The notes under the pieces were generated by a model. The model worked only from the letters and a program-made list of their open reading frames with translations, was not told where the DNA came from and ran no database searches. A stretch of 64,000 bases of DNA, taken from assembly GCA_965261835.1 (NCBI GenBank), contig OZ253478.1, positions 2,617,733 to 2,681,732 on the forward strand. The letters run 5' to 3'. This document shows positions 18,653 through 28,834 of this stretch, piece by piece. The first letter of the stretch is position 1, and each line of letters begins with the position of its first letter. Position numbers and translations under genes: made by a program. The stretch is from Dehalococcoidia bacterium. GTDB lineage: Bacteria; Chloroflexota; Dehalococcoidia; SHYD01.

Positions 18653-19828
18653 ATGGACTCTGCACGCACTACTGAACACCAGACCCTCCTAGACTGCGCG
18701 GCGGCGCTCAGCAAGGACAGCCTCGCGCCCCGGGCCGCGGCCTATGACCGGGACGCAACGTACCCCAAGGAGAGCTGGCAGGACCTGTGGGAAGCCGGGC
18801 TCTTTGGGATGCTTATCCCCCAGGAGTATGGCGGTCTAGGATTGGACACGCCGGCCTACATCTCGGTGTTGGAAACACTGGCAAAGGGCTGCGCGTCCAG
18901 CGCCATGACGCTGCACATGCACTCTGTGGCCACCGCCTATGTCGCCGCGCTAGGCACACCGCAGCAGCAGCAGCGTTACTTCGATGGTGTGCTGCGAGAA
19001 GGCAAGCTCTTCGGCAGTTGGGCCAGTGAGCCCCAGGTAAGCCTCACCCGCACGTTTCTGGTGGATACGTCGATCAAGCCCGCGCCGGGCGGCTATGTCA
19101 TCAACGGACTCAAACACTTCTGCACAATGGCGGGCGCGGCGGGCTATTACCTGGTTTGGTGCTACCTAGAAGGCCAACCGGACATGTCCCATGCGCTGTT
19201 GCAGGCGATAGTCCTGGCCGATAATCCCGGCGTGAGCATCGAAGGCTCCTGGGACCCCATAGGCATGCGGGCTACCGTAAGCCCGCGCACCCGCTACACC
19301 GACTGCATGGTGGGGGAAGACGAAGTGCTGGCCCCGGCGGGCGCAGCCACCCGCGTGGGCGTGATCGAACTGTTCGGGCTGGGCTACGCCGCGATTTACG
19401 TTGGGGCCGCGCAGGGAGCGCTGGACTTCACCACGGAGTACTGTCGCACCAAGACCTTCCAACCGGAGAACCGCCCGCTGGCGGAGGACCCCATGATCCA
19501 GCGGCACTGCGGCGAAATGAGCATCACCCTAGACCAGGCACGCCTGGTGACCCAACGGGCGGCGGCGCGCTGGCACGACCTAGACTCCGGGCAGCGCGCG
19601 GTCCACTCGGCCCAAGCCAAGTACTGCGCCACCCAAGCGGCGTTAGAGGTCACCAGCCGCTGCCTACAGGTGTGCGGCGGCCGGGCGGCGCTCAAGGAGA
19701 TGCCCATTGAGCGCGCATTCCGAGATGTGCGCACCGCCACCCTCATGCCCCCCAACGCCGATTCCACCTTGACCATCATCGGCAAGGACGCTCTGGGCAT
19801 GGAATCGGGCGTGTTCCAGTACGGGTAG
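18653..19828 (+). CDS. Acyl-CoA dehydrogenase family protein
   Basis: IPQEYGGLG, SEP, INGLKHFCT, GMRATVS, ERAFRD. Confidence 0.88.
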   Translation: MDSARTTEHQTLLDCAAALSKDSLAPRAAAYDRDATYPKESWQDLWEAGLFGMLIPQEYGGLGLDTPAYISVLETLAKGCASSAMTLHMHSVATAYVAALGTPQQQQRYFDGVLREGKLFGSWASEPQVSLTRTFLVDTSIKPAPGGYVINGLKHFCTMAGAAGYYLVWCYLEGQPDMSHALLQAIVLADNPGVSIEGSWDPIGMRATVSPRTRYTDCMVGEDEVLAPAGAATRVGVIELFGLGYAAIYVGAAQGALDFTTEYCRTKTFQPENRPLAEDPMIQRHCGEMSITLDQARLVTQRAAARWHDLDSGQRAVHSAQAKYCATQAALEVTSRCLQVCGGRAALKEMPIERAFRDVRTATLMPPNADSTLTIIGKDALGMESGVFQYG

Positions 19829-19846
19829 CGGGGGCGCCATTACCGG

Positions 19847-20503
19847 CTAGTCGCTCCCCAGCAGCGCCTCCACGGTAAGCGCTTCCAGCGAGTCCAGCCG
19901 CACGTCGGCAAGGGCGTACTCTGGGCGATGACGCATGTGCGGGTCCGGCACGGCGATGCAGCGCATGCGGGCGGCCTTGGCCGCAAGCACTCCGGCCGGG
20001 GAGTCCTCCAAGGCGACGCACTCGGACGGGGCGACGCCCAACAGCCCCGCCGCGGTAATGTACACCGCTGGGTGCGGCTTGCCGTAGGCCTCGTTGGTAG
20101 CCGAGTAGCGGATGGGGAAGGTGTCTGCGAGGCCCAGCTTCTCCACCGCCGCGTCGATGATCGCGGCGGCAGAGGATGAGGCGATGGCCCGTGGCAGCGG
20201 CAGTCCGGCCAAGAGGCGGGCAAAATGGTCCACGCCCGGTTGTCCCCGGCCCTCCGTCCGAATGGCATGAATGATCCCCTGGACAATGTCCGCCGCCACC
20301 TGTTGCTGCGACGGCCCCTGCCAGCGGTAGCGCGGCCACCAATGGGCCACCACCTCGTCCACTCGCATGCCCATGGTCTGCATGCACATCTCCTCGGTGA
20401 GCGGCACGCCAAGCGGATGAAAAACAGCCTGCTCCACCTTGCGCCAAAGCGGCTCGCTATCGATGAGCAGTCCGTCCAGATCTGAGATAACCGCGTTGAT
20501 CAT
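19847..20503 (-). CDS. HAD hexitol/sugar phosphatase (HxpB/YniC-like)
   Basis: DLDGLLIDSE, KPHP, EDS motifs. Confidence 0.85.
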   Translation of the reverse strand: MINAVISDLDGLLIDSEPLWRKVEQAVFHPLGVPLTEEMCMQTMGMRVDEVVAHWWPRYRWQGPSQQQVAADIVQGIIHAIRTEGRGQPGVDHFARLLAGLPLPRAIASSSAAAIIDAAVEKLGLADTFPIRYSATNEAYGKPHPAVYITAAGLLGVAPSECVALEDSPAGVLAAKAARMRCIAVPDPHMRHRPEYALADVRLDSLEALTVEALLGSD

Positions 20504-20519
20504 GAGGCTCCGGACAGGC

Positions 20520-20567
20520 AGCAGCCCGTTCCCAACCATTTTCCACAGTCTTAAGGAACGGGCTGCT
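20520..20567. terminator. 13-bp inverted repeat downstream of the cupin gene
   Basis: AGCAGCCCGTTCC ... GGAACGGGCTGCT. Confidence 0.45.
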
Positions 20568-20588
20568 CAGTAGCTCTAGTGTAGGGGG

Positions 20589-21689
20589 TTAGACGCCAGT
20601 GCACCAGGGAACCATGGATTTCATGCGGCAGAGTGCGCCGGCTGCCTTCAGATCGGCCTCAAACATCTGGTGGATCTTGGGATCCTCGTTCTCATACTCA
20701 ATCTGGGTGCCGCCACCTTCCTCCACCGTGATGCCCTCTTCGCTGCCGGTGAGGCCGCCGCCGGTAACCTGGTAGCGCTGGCTCCCCCACCGCAACGCCA
20801 TATAGCGGGCCGGGTCGGCACCACCATTGAAGTGCTCGTGGAACCAGAGGGAGGGCGGCACCACCACGCTGCCGGGCTTCCAGTCCACTCGTTTCGGTTC
20901 CCCGCCGGCGGGCCACAAGAGAGAGTACCCTTGGCCGCCAAGGATGATGACGTGCGCGCCCGGGCCGTGGCGGTGGGCCTTCTTGTAGGTGCCTACCGGG
21001 AACTCCGAGATGTGCGACGCCATGGTGTTGTGGGACAGTTCGAAGCTGATGTTCTTGCCGCCGGCGCCGCGCTCTGCCCACTCGTACAGGGTGATGCCAT
21101 AGGCATCCGGCACGAAGTTGGTCTCCAGCACCCGATTCTTATACAGCGTTCCACCCGCCTCAAAGTAGCGGTCCTCGTCACCAAAACGGTCGTCGAAGGT
21201 GAAATCGTTCTCAAAGATGAAGCGAGCGTTGTGGAATAGGCTCATCACAATGGGGGCGTTGGTCACGGAGAACATCCGGGCGGGCCGTCCCCCCTGGCCG
21301 TTGAAGTGCTGGAAGTTCGCATTCAGGGGGATAGCAAAAAGGCTGCCTCGTTGCCACTCGAAGGTGACCTTCTTATCCGGGTTGTACCAAACCGAGGTAG
21401 CACCGGAGCCGTCCAGCACGAACACCATCTCCTCGTACATGTGGCGCATCGGGTTGAGCGTGCCGCCGGGGGGGATTTCGCAGAGGTACGCGTCGTTAGT
21501 GCCACCGGTTCCGTCCAGGTTAATGAAGATGCCCTTCCCGCCACGCTTGGGCCACGGTGCGAGGTCCACGTCGAAGACGTTCTCAACGGCAAACCCGGTG
21601 ATGACGGGCAACCCCTGCTCCGCCTGGTACTCCGTGTAGGCGTTGACGACTTGGATACTGGATGAATTGGTGATGAGCTGTTGCGTCAT
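20589..21689 (-). CDS. Bicupin protein (gentisate dioxygenase-like fold); paralogue of 55491-56600
   Basis: HMYEE and KAHRHGPG, WFHEHFN metal motifs. Confidence 0.8.
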   Translation of the reverse strand: MTQQLITNSSSIQVVNAYTEYQAEQGLPVITGFAVENVFDVDLAPWPKRGGKGIFINLDGTGGTNDAYLCEIPPGGTLNPMRHMYEEMVFVLDGSGATSVWYNPDKKVTFEWQRGSLFAIPLNANFQHFNGQGGRPARMFSVTNAPIVMSLFHNARFIFENDFTFDDRFGDEDRYFEAGGTLYKNRVLETNFVPDAYGITLYEWAERGAGGKNISFELSHNTMASHISEFPVGTYKKAHRHGPGAHVIILGGQGYSLLWPAGGEPKRVDWKPGSVVVPPSLWFHEHFNGGADPARYMALRWGSQRYQVTGGGLTGSEEGITVEEGGGTQIEYENEDPKIHQMFEADLKAAGALCRMKSMVPWCTGV

Positions 21690-21930
21690 AATGTTGCCTC
21701 CTTCCGGCGCGAGTCAGCCTAGCAGAGGCGGGAAGCGGCGTCAACTATCGCCTATCGCCTGCGCTCGATAGTGGGTTGGTTGGCTGTGGTTCGGCCGCGG
21801 TTACGGTGGCCTATGGTGTGTTTTGGCGCGCCCGTGGCGGGCCGATTCGCCTAGTAAAGCTTGACGGCGCGCCCTGGCAGGGTATAGTGCTAATGCCGTT
21901 TAGCCAGCAATAGCAGCACAGGAGGGTGCT

Positions 21931-22242
21931 ATGGGAGCGCACATCATCAATGAGCAGAACGTTCCGTTGAAGAAAACGGGACAAGGTTTCACAAAGTTTC
22001 TGTTTGAAGGCACCGGCGCCGACCCCAGCATTATGATCCGCTACTGGGGGCCAGATACGGACCTAGACGTGCACAGCCATCCCTACAACGAGATGTTCTA
22101 TGTGCTGGAGGGGGAGGTGGAGATGGGCGGCGTGGCTTACGGCGCCGGTTCCTGCATTTTCTTGAGCAAGGATACGCCCTACGGACCCACCAGAGCTCCC
22201 AAGAGCGCAACCCTCCTCCGTTACGCGGAAGGGCATGAGTAG
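21931..22242 (+). CDS. Small cupin domain protein
   Basis: HSHPYNEMFYVLEG; AGGAG RBS; TTGACG/TATAGT promoter at 21861-21888. Confidence 0.8.
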   Translation: MGAHIINEQNVPLKKTGQGFTKFLFEGTGADPSIMIRYWGPDTDLDVHSHPYNEMFYVLEGEVEMGGVAYGAGSCIFLSKDTPYGPTRAPKSATLLRYAEGHE

Positions 22243-22274
22243 GCCCATGACTATGGGCAGAGTGGAATAAAGAC

Positions 22275-22733
22275 GTGGACGAGACACAGACCTTAGCGCA
22301 TCCCCAGTTCGGCAAGCTGGCGGTGCTTGACGATACCGACCCCTCATTGCTCACCGTTCAGCACGCCAACGGGGAAACCTTCAAGATCGGGAAGGCGACT
22401 GTGGGCTGGCCCGTAGCGATTGCGGCGGCGCTTGCCACCCCCGCGGCGGCGGCCATGCCCCCGGTTTCCAACAACGGCGCCCCCACTTCGCCGGCAGCGC
22501 CGGAAGACGTGGACGAGGCTACATCCACCCACGACGCCCCTGCGCCGGTCATTAGGCGCAGCGCCAAGTCCACGCGCCCGCCCAAGGCGAAGCCGGCGCC
22601 TAGCACTACCAAACCCCCCAGGCAAAAGCAACCGGCGAAGGGTTCCGCACAAACGACCACACCACCAACCCGAAAGAGCGCAAAAGCCGTGAAAGCAAAA
22701 GTCACTGAGGGCACGGTGGAAACCGACGAGTAA
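22275..22733 (+). CDS. Hypothetical protein with Ala/Pro/Lys-rich tail
   Basis: Short globular N-terminus (HPQFG) followed by a low-complexity basic tail. Confidence 0.55.
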   Translation: MDETQTLAHPQFGKLAVLDDTDPSLLTVQHANGETFKIGKATVGWPVAIAAALATPAAAAMPPVSNNGAPTSPAAPEDVDEATSTHDAPAPVIRRSAKSTRPPKAKPAPSTTKPPRQKQPAKGSAQTTTPPTRKSAKAVKAKVTEGTVETDE

Positions 22734-22875
22734 GCGCGCGGTAATGCTTGACCAGCCATGTACTCCGCAGAAGCAGCACAAGTTCGAGCGTCCCGTCATC
22801 ACTACTCCGGAACCCTAAGGGAATATGGCTGCACCCCGTGCGGATCACGGGTCCGATGCCGTATACTAAGACATT

Positions 22876-23775
22876 ATGACTGACACTATCATCTCGCCGG
22901 AAAGTCTGTCCGCCGCGCCAGCGAAGCCCCGGCTTCCTTCCTGGATTAAGGCGCGCTTCCCGGGCGGGCCCACCTACATCCGGCTCAAGAGCCTCATGCG
23001 CGCCTCCGGACTCCATACGGTCTGCGAAGAGGCCCACTGCCCCAACATTGGCGAGTGCTGGGAGAACGGCACCGCCACCTTCATGATTTTGGGCGACATC
23101 TGCACCCGCCGCTGCGCCTACTGTGCGGTGGGCAAAGGCCGCCCGGAAGCGGTGGACTGGGGCGAGCCGGACCGGGTGGCCAAGGCGGTGCAGGAGATGG
23201 GCCTCCGCCACGCCGTCATCACCTCGGTAGACCGAGACGACATGGCGGACGGCGGCGCGCAGCTCTTTGCCATGACCATCCGTCGCATTCGGGCCCGGGT
23301 GCCGAACTGCGCCGTGGAAGTGCTTATCCCAGACTTCAACGGCTCTGAGGAGTCGCTGCGGACAGTGCTGGAAACGCGTCCGGACATCCTGAACCACAAC
23401 ACGGAGACGGTGCCGCGGCTGTACGGCAAGACCCGCCGCGGTGGACGCTATTCGCGCGCGTTGGAGCTGCTGGCCCGCTCCAAGGAAATCGCGCCGGACA
23501 TCATCAGCAAGACCGGCTTGATGGTGGGCCTGGGCGAAGCCGAGGATGAACTGTTCCAGGTGATGGATGACCTCCGGGCCGTGGACTGCGACGTGCTGAC
23601 CATTGGCCAGTACCTGCGGCCCTCTCAGGACCACCTGCCGGTGGAGCGCTTCTACACTCCCGATGACTTTGTGCGGTTGAAGGACGAGGGCCTGCGCCGC
23701 GGCTTCAAACACGTGGAGTCGGGGCCGCTCGTGCGCTCTTCCTACCATGCCCACGAGCAGGTACCGGGCCGCTAG
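22876..23775 (+). CDS. lipA: Lipoyl synthase
   Basis: CEEAHCPNIGEC, CTRRCAYC, RSSY. Confidence 0.97.
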   Translation: MTDTIISPESLSAAPAKPRLPSWIKARFPGGPTYIRLKSLMRASGLHTVCEEAHCPNIGECWENGTATFMILGDICTRRCAYCAVGKGRPEAVDWGEPDRVAKAVQEMGLRHAVITSVDRDDMADGGAQLFAMTIRRIRARVPNCAVEVLIPDFNGSEESLRTVLETRPDILNHNTETVPRLYGKTRRGGRYSRALELLARSKEIAPDIISKTGLMVGLGEAEDELFQVMDDLRAVDCDVLTIGQYLRPSQDHLPVERFYTPDDFVRLKDEGLRRGFKHVESGPLVRSSYHAHEQVPGR

Positions 23776-24643
23776 GTCCCGCGTTATCGCACACGTTCCG
23801 AGCGGGGCCGTGGCCCCCTCCCTCACCAACAACCGGTTACTCCACAGCCCCAAGTGGTTCGCCGCCACTATCGTCACCGGTATCTTCTGCCTCACTTTGC
23901 TGTGGACTGTCCGCACGTTTTGGAATCCGCTGCTGTTCTTCGGACTATGGACTTCGGCTATCCTCACCGCTCGTAACCTGGCGGGCGATCACCCGCTGCC
24001 GGTGCGCCGCCTCCTCACGCTCAGTGCGCTCTCCATCCCGCTGTGGTGGTGGTTCGAGCTGGTCAACCAATCCGTGCGCAACTGGGACTACGGCAACGCC
24101 GGACACTACAACTACATCGAGTACGCCATCTTCGCCACCATCGCATTCTCTACGGTGATCCCCGCGCTGGACGCCGCCTGGCGGCTGGCGCTGCGCATAG
24201 CCAACGCGCCACGCTCACCCGTTCCCAACGCCGACCGGAAGCGTTGGTACGCGCTGCTTGTGGGTGTGGGGGTGGCTGCCCAAGCTATGGTCTTTCTGGA
24301 GCCGGGGGTGTACTACAGCCTGGTTTGGCTAGGACCGTTCTTCATCCTAGACGGGGTGTCCGGAATGATCGGCGCTGGCAGCCTGCTGGGTGAGCTGCAG
24401 GCCAGACGCTGGCGATTACCGCTGACCCTAGCGCTGGCAGGTATTGGGTGCGGACTTTGCTGGGAGTTCTGGAACTACTGGGCAGTGCCCAAGTGGACCT
24501 ACAGCGTTCCCTACTTCGACTTCTTAAAGGTGTTCGAGATGCCACTGTTGGGGTACCTGGGCTACGTGCCTTTCATCTGGAGCGTGTATCAGGCGCTGCG
24601 TCTGTTGCATCACCGCTGGCCCCGGTGGCTGCCGCAGCCTTGA
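23747..24643 (+). CDS. Integral membrane protein of unknown function (start uncertain)
   Basis: Multiple TM segments; WWWFE, WEFWNYW, FEMPLLGY. Confidence 0.7.
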   Translation: MPTSRYRAARSRVIAHVPSGAVAPSLTNNRLLHSPKWFAATIVTGIFCLTLLWTVRTFWNPLLFFGLWTSAILTARNLAGDHPLPVRRLLTLSALSIPLWWWFELVNQSVRNWDYGNAGHYNYIEYAIFATIAFSTVIPALDAAWRLALRIANAPRSPVPNADRKRWYALLVGVGVAAQAMVFLEPGVYYSLVWLGPFFILDGVSGMIGAGSLLGELQARRWRLPLTLALAGIGCGLCWEFWNYWAVPKWTYSVPYFDFLKVFEMPLLGYLGYVPFIWSVYQALRLLHHRWPRWLPQP

Positions 24644-24698
24644 CGCAGTCCGCCGATTGGCTCAAGAATGCGGAGCAGTCTGGGCCAAGGAGCACGCC

Positions 24699-25718
24699 AT
24701 GTACAGCGGCCGCAAAGTCATCGATACCCACGGGCACCTCTCCGCACCACCGCAGTTCGAGGCCTATGGCTTCAACCTAGTCATCGGCACCCCCAACGCC
24801 TTCGCACCGTACCACATGGACGACGCGCTGCTGGACACGGCGGCCCGCCGCCACGTTGCCATACTGGACGAACGCAGCATCGATGTGCAGCTGATCTCGC
24901 CCCGGCCATTCGCCATGATGCAGTGGGAGCGTCCCACCATTGTGGAGCACTGGACCCGCGCCACCAACGACCTCATCGCCCAAACCTGCCGGCTTCACCC
25001 CACGCGGTTCCGCGGCGTGGCCCAACTGCCGCAGCGCAGTGACGCCGACACCGCCGACTGCCTGCCGGAGCTGGACCGTTGCATCAACGATTTGGGCTTT
25101 GTAGGCGCGCTGATCACGCCCGACCCCGGCGGCGATCGGAAGACGCCGAAGCTGGACTCCGAGTACTGGTTCCCACTGTACCAGCGGGCCGAGGCGCTGC
25201 GCGTTACGTTGGTGGTGCACGGCTCCGGGCCGCGGGAGGACCGGCGTATCGTGCATGGCTACGACCTTACGGGCGACCCTCAGATGGACCGGCAGTTCAA
25301 CTTCATGATGGAGCAGACGCTGGCAACGTTGGTGCTGGAGCGGGGCCATGTGTTCGAGCAGTTTCCCGACCTCAAGATGGTGGTGGTGCACTGCGGCGGC
25401 GCACCCTCGCGCTTTGTGCCGCAGCCACCGCGGCCCGGCCAGTCCGCACGAGACCTGAGCGGCAACCTGTTCTTCGATACCTGCGCTTACGACAAGTGGT
25501 TCCTGACCGCGGCGCTGCGGCAGCGCGGGACGGGGCGGATGGTGTTCGGGACGGAGGCGCCCGGCGCCGGCACCAGCATGGTGAACCCGGACACAGGCCG
25601 GCCCTCAGATGACCTCATACCGGTGCTGGACAGCCTTGATTTCCTGACCACCGAGGACAAAGCCATGCTCTTCCATGACAACCCGCTGCGAGTATTCCCG
25701 CTGCTGGGGAGTGTCTAG
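24699..25718 (+). CDS. Amidohydrolase-2 family protein (LigJ/ACMSD-like)
   Basis: IDTHGH, HCGG, FGTE. Confidence 0.85.
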   Translation: MYSGRKVIDTHGHLSAPPQFEAYGFNLVIGTPNAFAPYHMDDALLDTAARRHVAILDERSIDVQLISPRPFAMMQWERPTIVEHWTRATNDLIAQTCRLHPTRFRGVAQLPQRSDADTADCLPELDRCINDLGFVGALITPDPGGDRKTPKLDSEYWFPLYQRAEALRVTLVVHGSGPREDRRIVHGYDLTGDPQMDRQFNFMMEQTLATLVLERGHVFEQFPDLKMVVVHCGGAPSRFVPQPPRPGQSARDLSGNLFFDTCAYDKWFLTAALRQRGTGRMVFGTEAPGAGTSMVNPDTGRPSDDLIPVLDSLDFLTTEDKAMLFHDNPLRVFPLLGSV

Positions 25719-25731
25719 ACGCTGACACAAG

Positions 25732-25771
25732 CACGCACAAGCGCCCGGCCTTGGCCGGGCGCTTGTGCGTG
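25732..25771. terminator. Long perfect hairpin between convergent genes
   Basis: 19-bp stem CACGCACAAGCGCCCGGCC-TT-GGCCGGGCGCTTGTGCGTG. Confidence 0.7.
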
Positions 25772-25850
25772 TGCGTTTCTCCGCGTTGCCCTAGGGTGGC
25801 AATGCAAACGGTTTAGGGTCAGTTCAGGCCCGAAAACGGTCTGCATTCAC

Positions 25851-27626
25851 CTACGGCAGCTGTTTCCGCAGAATGGCCGGCTGCGGTGTGGTCTCCGCAA
25901 CCGAGGTGCCCAAGGCACCAGCACCCGCGGCAATGTGGAGTATGCTGCTGTCGCCCCCCACTCCAAGGGTGAGGTCGCCAACGGTATGTAGAGGACCCCC
26001 CACATCAATGGTAACCATCTCACCGTCAGGGGTAATCCGCAGCAGTGCATTCGTGAGGAACGAACTCACGTAGACATTGTCGTCCCCATCAATAACAAGG
26101 CCGTTCGCGCCACGCAGGTTTCCACAATTCGGCGCGACCAACAGCTTCGGCACGCCGGGGCTACGATCACCGCTGACCGATATTTTGATCACCGAAGGCT
26201 TAGTCATGTTGGCCACAAACAGGGCGCCGTGGGAATCAAAGGCCAAGCCGTTGGCACCTACGTCAAGGGGCACCTCTTCCGCCCCGCAGTATTCTTTGTC
26301 ACCCATCAAGAGCGGGCTCTCTTTCCATTTGATTAATACCCCGCCCGGGGAGATTCTGAATATCGCTCCCGCTAGTGAATCGCTGACGTACAGGTCACCG
26401 TTGGCATCGAACTTCAACGCATTCGGGAACGTCATATCATGGTGGGACGCGAAGAGGGAGTAATTTCCGCTCCTGGCATGGACTCGGTAGATCCCGGTCG
26501 GACTCGCGGGGTTAAAGGAGACTTGGGCCACATAGAGGAAGCCGTTGCGATCCGCGGCTATCCCCGTCAGGTACCCCATACCGAGAGCGATTGGAGGCAG
26601 TTGAGCGACCACCCTGAAGCTACCATCATCTGGGTTGATTTTGACCACCTGGCCGGTATTAGCAAAGCTGGCATACAGCGCGTCCTCCCCGGCAGCCAAC
26701 CCTAGGGGGCGCTGACCCATGCCGGCGTCGAAGGCAGTCAGCACATGTATGGGGTCGCCGTAGGCCGCCGTGTATTCCCGGTCGTAGGAAACAAGGTCTC
26801 GGATATCCTCAATGCTGCGGCCGCTGCTGACCCAGGCGTGCAGTCCTGTGCAATCCCCGGAGAAGGGGTCCCGGCCCACGAGGTAGCTGTAGACGTCACG
26901 GATGGACGTTACCAATTGGCCTTCCTCGCTGATAGCGAGTGTCGCCCGTAGCTGCGCTGACGGTACACCGGCCGCTGCCCAAGTCTCCACGCCGTGCGGG
27001 TCCGGTCTGCGGCAAAGCACGGACATGTAGATGTCGGAGACCGTATCCGGCTCGACATCTTGCCTCTGGGCTTCATCGCTGTCCGATATAAGCTTCTGGA
27101 TTGCACCCACAGTGCGCTCATTGTCCACCCAGCTGCGCAAGCCGGGGCAGTCGCCGGGTATGGGGTCACGGTTGAGCAGGTGGCGGTACAGCGCACGGAC
27201 TGCGGTGGTTCGCTGCCCCTCCGCGCTTATGGCAAGCGCGGCCCGCAGCTGGTCCGCAGGCATGGCTGAGCTCACCCATGACGTGAGATCAGCGCCCGGC
27301 GCCCGGCAGAGGATCTCCCAGGATACCGCAGTCACCATCTCCTCTCGGTGGTTGGCCGCGGCCACGCCGGTGCGGGGTACAAAGAACAACGCCGTGGCGA
27401 GCATAGTCACTAGTACCATGCCCAACACAACGCCCGTAAAACGCTTTCCGGCAGTCACCTTCTCCGCTCGGTGGTTGCCCGCTCGGTTGCTAGCCGCTCG
27501 GTTGCTGGCCGCTCGGTGCTTGCCCGCAGCCACGCCGGTGCGGAGTACAAAGAATAAGACCGTGGCGAGCGTAGTCAGCAATACGATGCCCAACACAACG
27601 CCCGAATGACGCTTTAGGCTCGACAT
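25851..27626 (-). CDS. Membrane-anchored/secreted SMP-30/gluconolactonase-like beta-propeller with helical repeats
   Basis: FPNALKFD, GANGLAFD, GANGLVID blades; duplicated N-terminal TM segments; two LY..LL.R.P repeats. Confidence 0.7.
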   Translation of the reverse strand: MSSLKRHSGVVLGIVLLTTLATVLFFVLRTGVAAGKHRAASNRAASNRAGNHRAEKVTAGKRFTGVVLGMVLVTMLATALFFVPRTGVAAANHREEMVTAVSWEILCRAPGADLTSWVSSAMPADQLRAALAISAEGQRTTAVRALYRHLLNRDPIPGDCPGLRSWVDNERTVGAIQKLISDSDEAQRQDVEPDTVSDIYMSVLCRRPDPHGVETWAAAGVPSAQLRATLAISEEGQLVTSIRDVYSYLVGRDPFSGDCTGLHAWVSSGRSIEDIRDLVSYDREYTAAYGDPIHVLTAFDAGMGQRPLGLAAGEDALYASFANTGQVVKINPDDGSFRVVAQLPPIALGMGYLTGIAADRNGFLYVAQVSFNPASPTGIYRVHARSGNYSLFASHHDMTFPNALKFDANGDLYVSDSLAGAIFRISPGGVLIKWKESPLLMGDKEYCGAEEVPLDVGANGLAFDSHGALFVANMTKPSVIKISVSGDRSPGVPKLLVAPNCGNLRGANGLVIDGDDNVYVSSFLTNALLRITPDGEMVTIDVGGPLHTVGDLTLGVGGDSSILHIAAGAGALGTSVAETTPQPAILRKQLP

Positions 27627-27783
27627 AGCAAGTCTCCAGAAATGAAATAAAAAATTGCCTGAGTAAAGGCACATAAAACGTAGCTGGTTGTTGGAAAAAC
27701 TGCAAGGGGTGTTGCTTAAGTCGTTGAGCAACGCCCAGGCTCACTTATAGTGTTGCGATGTCACACCGCGCTAGTGGAGCACA

Positions 27784-27889
27784 GTCATTGCGAGCGCGGC
27801 GGGGCAAGCCGGGGTGGCGGCGGGGCAAGCCTACGTGGCGCACGGCCACCTCCCCCCAGATTGCTTCCTCGCACGCTCCTCGCAATGAC
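27784..27889. repeat. Palindromic REP/RPE-like element
   Basis: Terminal IR GTCATTGCGAG...CTCGCAATGAC with internal AGATTGCTTC; related to 55228-55431. Confidence 0.75.
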
Positions 27890-27977
27890 GACGTGGCGCA
27901 CGGTCCTTGTTATTACCTTTCCTCGGCGCACGTGGCCTATGTGCTACTATGACTAATAGCCCCCGCAAGATGGAACC

Positions 27978-28832
27978 ATGCGCATCGTCACTACCACCTA
28001 CCCCGTCTACAATCTCTGGATCCAGCGTCCCTTTGAAATCGAGGGGTACGCATTCACTCCTGTGGGCGGTATGGAGGGCTACCAGGAACGGCTACGGGAG
28101 ATGCTGGCCACTTCAGACGACGTGCACACCGTGGATGTGGTCCGCACCGCGCAGGAGGGCGACGCTACGGTTCAGGCCCACCTCTGGGACTCGGGTGAAC
28201 TCATTGAAGATCTAATGGTACTGCTGTCCCTGGCGCAGGGGCGGAGCGTCCATTATCAGAACGCCCCTTGGGTCACCCGTGACGGCGACGCGATAGTGGC
28301 ACAGGGGGCGCACCGCCAGTACTTTGGCCGAGCGGTGCTACGCGGTGAGCAGGCCATCAGCCCTTTCGAGATCGATAGTTACCTCGAGTCAGCGCTAAAG
28401 TACATCCATCACCCGGGTTGGGTGGTAGACCGCGGCTTTGGCACGGCGGCGCAGTGGTACTTGGAGTCGCTCTCCGTGGCCAGCCACGAGCTGCGCTTCG
28501 TGTGTGTCTGGCACGGCATGAGTGCATTGGTGCAACGCTACTTCCACGGCCACTGGGAGGGTACGGGCGAAGAGGACAACATGTCGATGCTGTTCCTGGC
28601 CTTCCGGGACGCTCACGAATACGATTTCATTCTGGATCAGCACCCGCCGATCTGGCTGGAGATAAGTAAAGACCTTCTGGGCCGGCATCCATCCCGGCGC
28701 GTCTTCCCCTCCCGTCAGGTATTCATCTATACCCGTAAGCTCCAGATAGTGCTGCTGCTCTCGCTGCTGGACCTCGCAGGGTACGGGGACTTTGCCCGTC
28801 GGGAAAATCTGCTGCGAGACGTCAGGAGATAG
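27978..28832 (+). CDS. Hypothetical protein in an operon with lepA
   Basis: 284-aa ORF with normal codon usage, 2 bp from the lepA start. Confidence 0.7.
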   Translation: MRIVTTTYPVYNLWIQRPFEIEGYAFTPVGGMEGYQERLREMLATSDDVHTVDVVRTAQEGDATVQAHLWDSGELIEDLMVLLSLAQGRSVHYQNAPWVTRDGDAIVAQGAHRQYFGRAVLRGEQAISPFEIDSYLESALKYIHHPGWVVDRGFGTAAQWYLESLSVASHELRFVCVWHGMSALVQRYFHGHWEGTGEEDNMSMLFLAFRDAHEYDFILDQHPPIWLEISKDLLGRHPSRRVFPSRQVFIYTRKLQIVLLLSLLDLAGYGDFARRENLLRDVRR

Positions 28833-28834
28833 CA

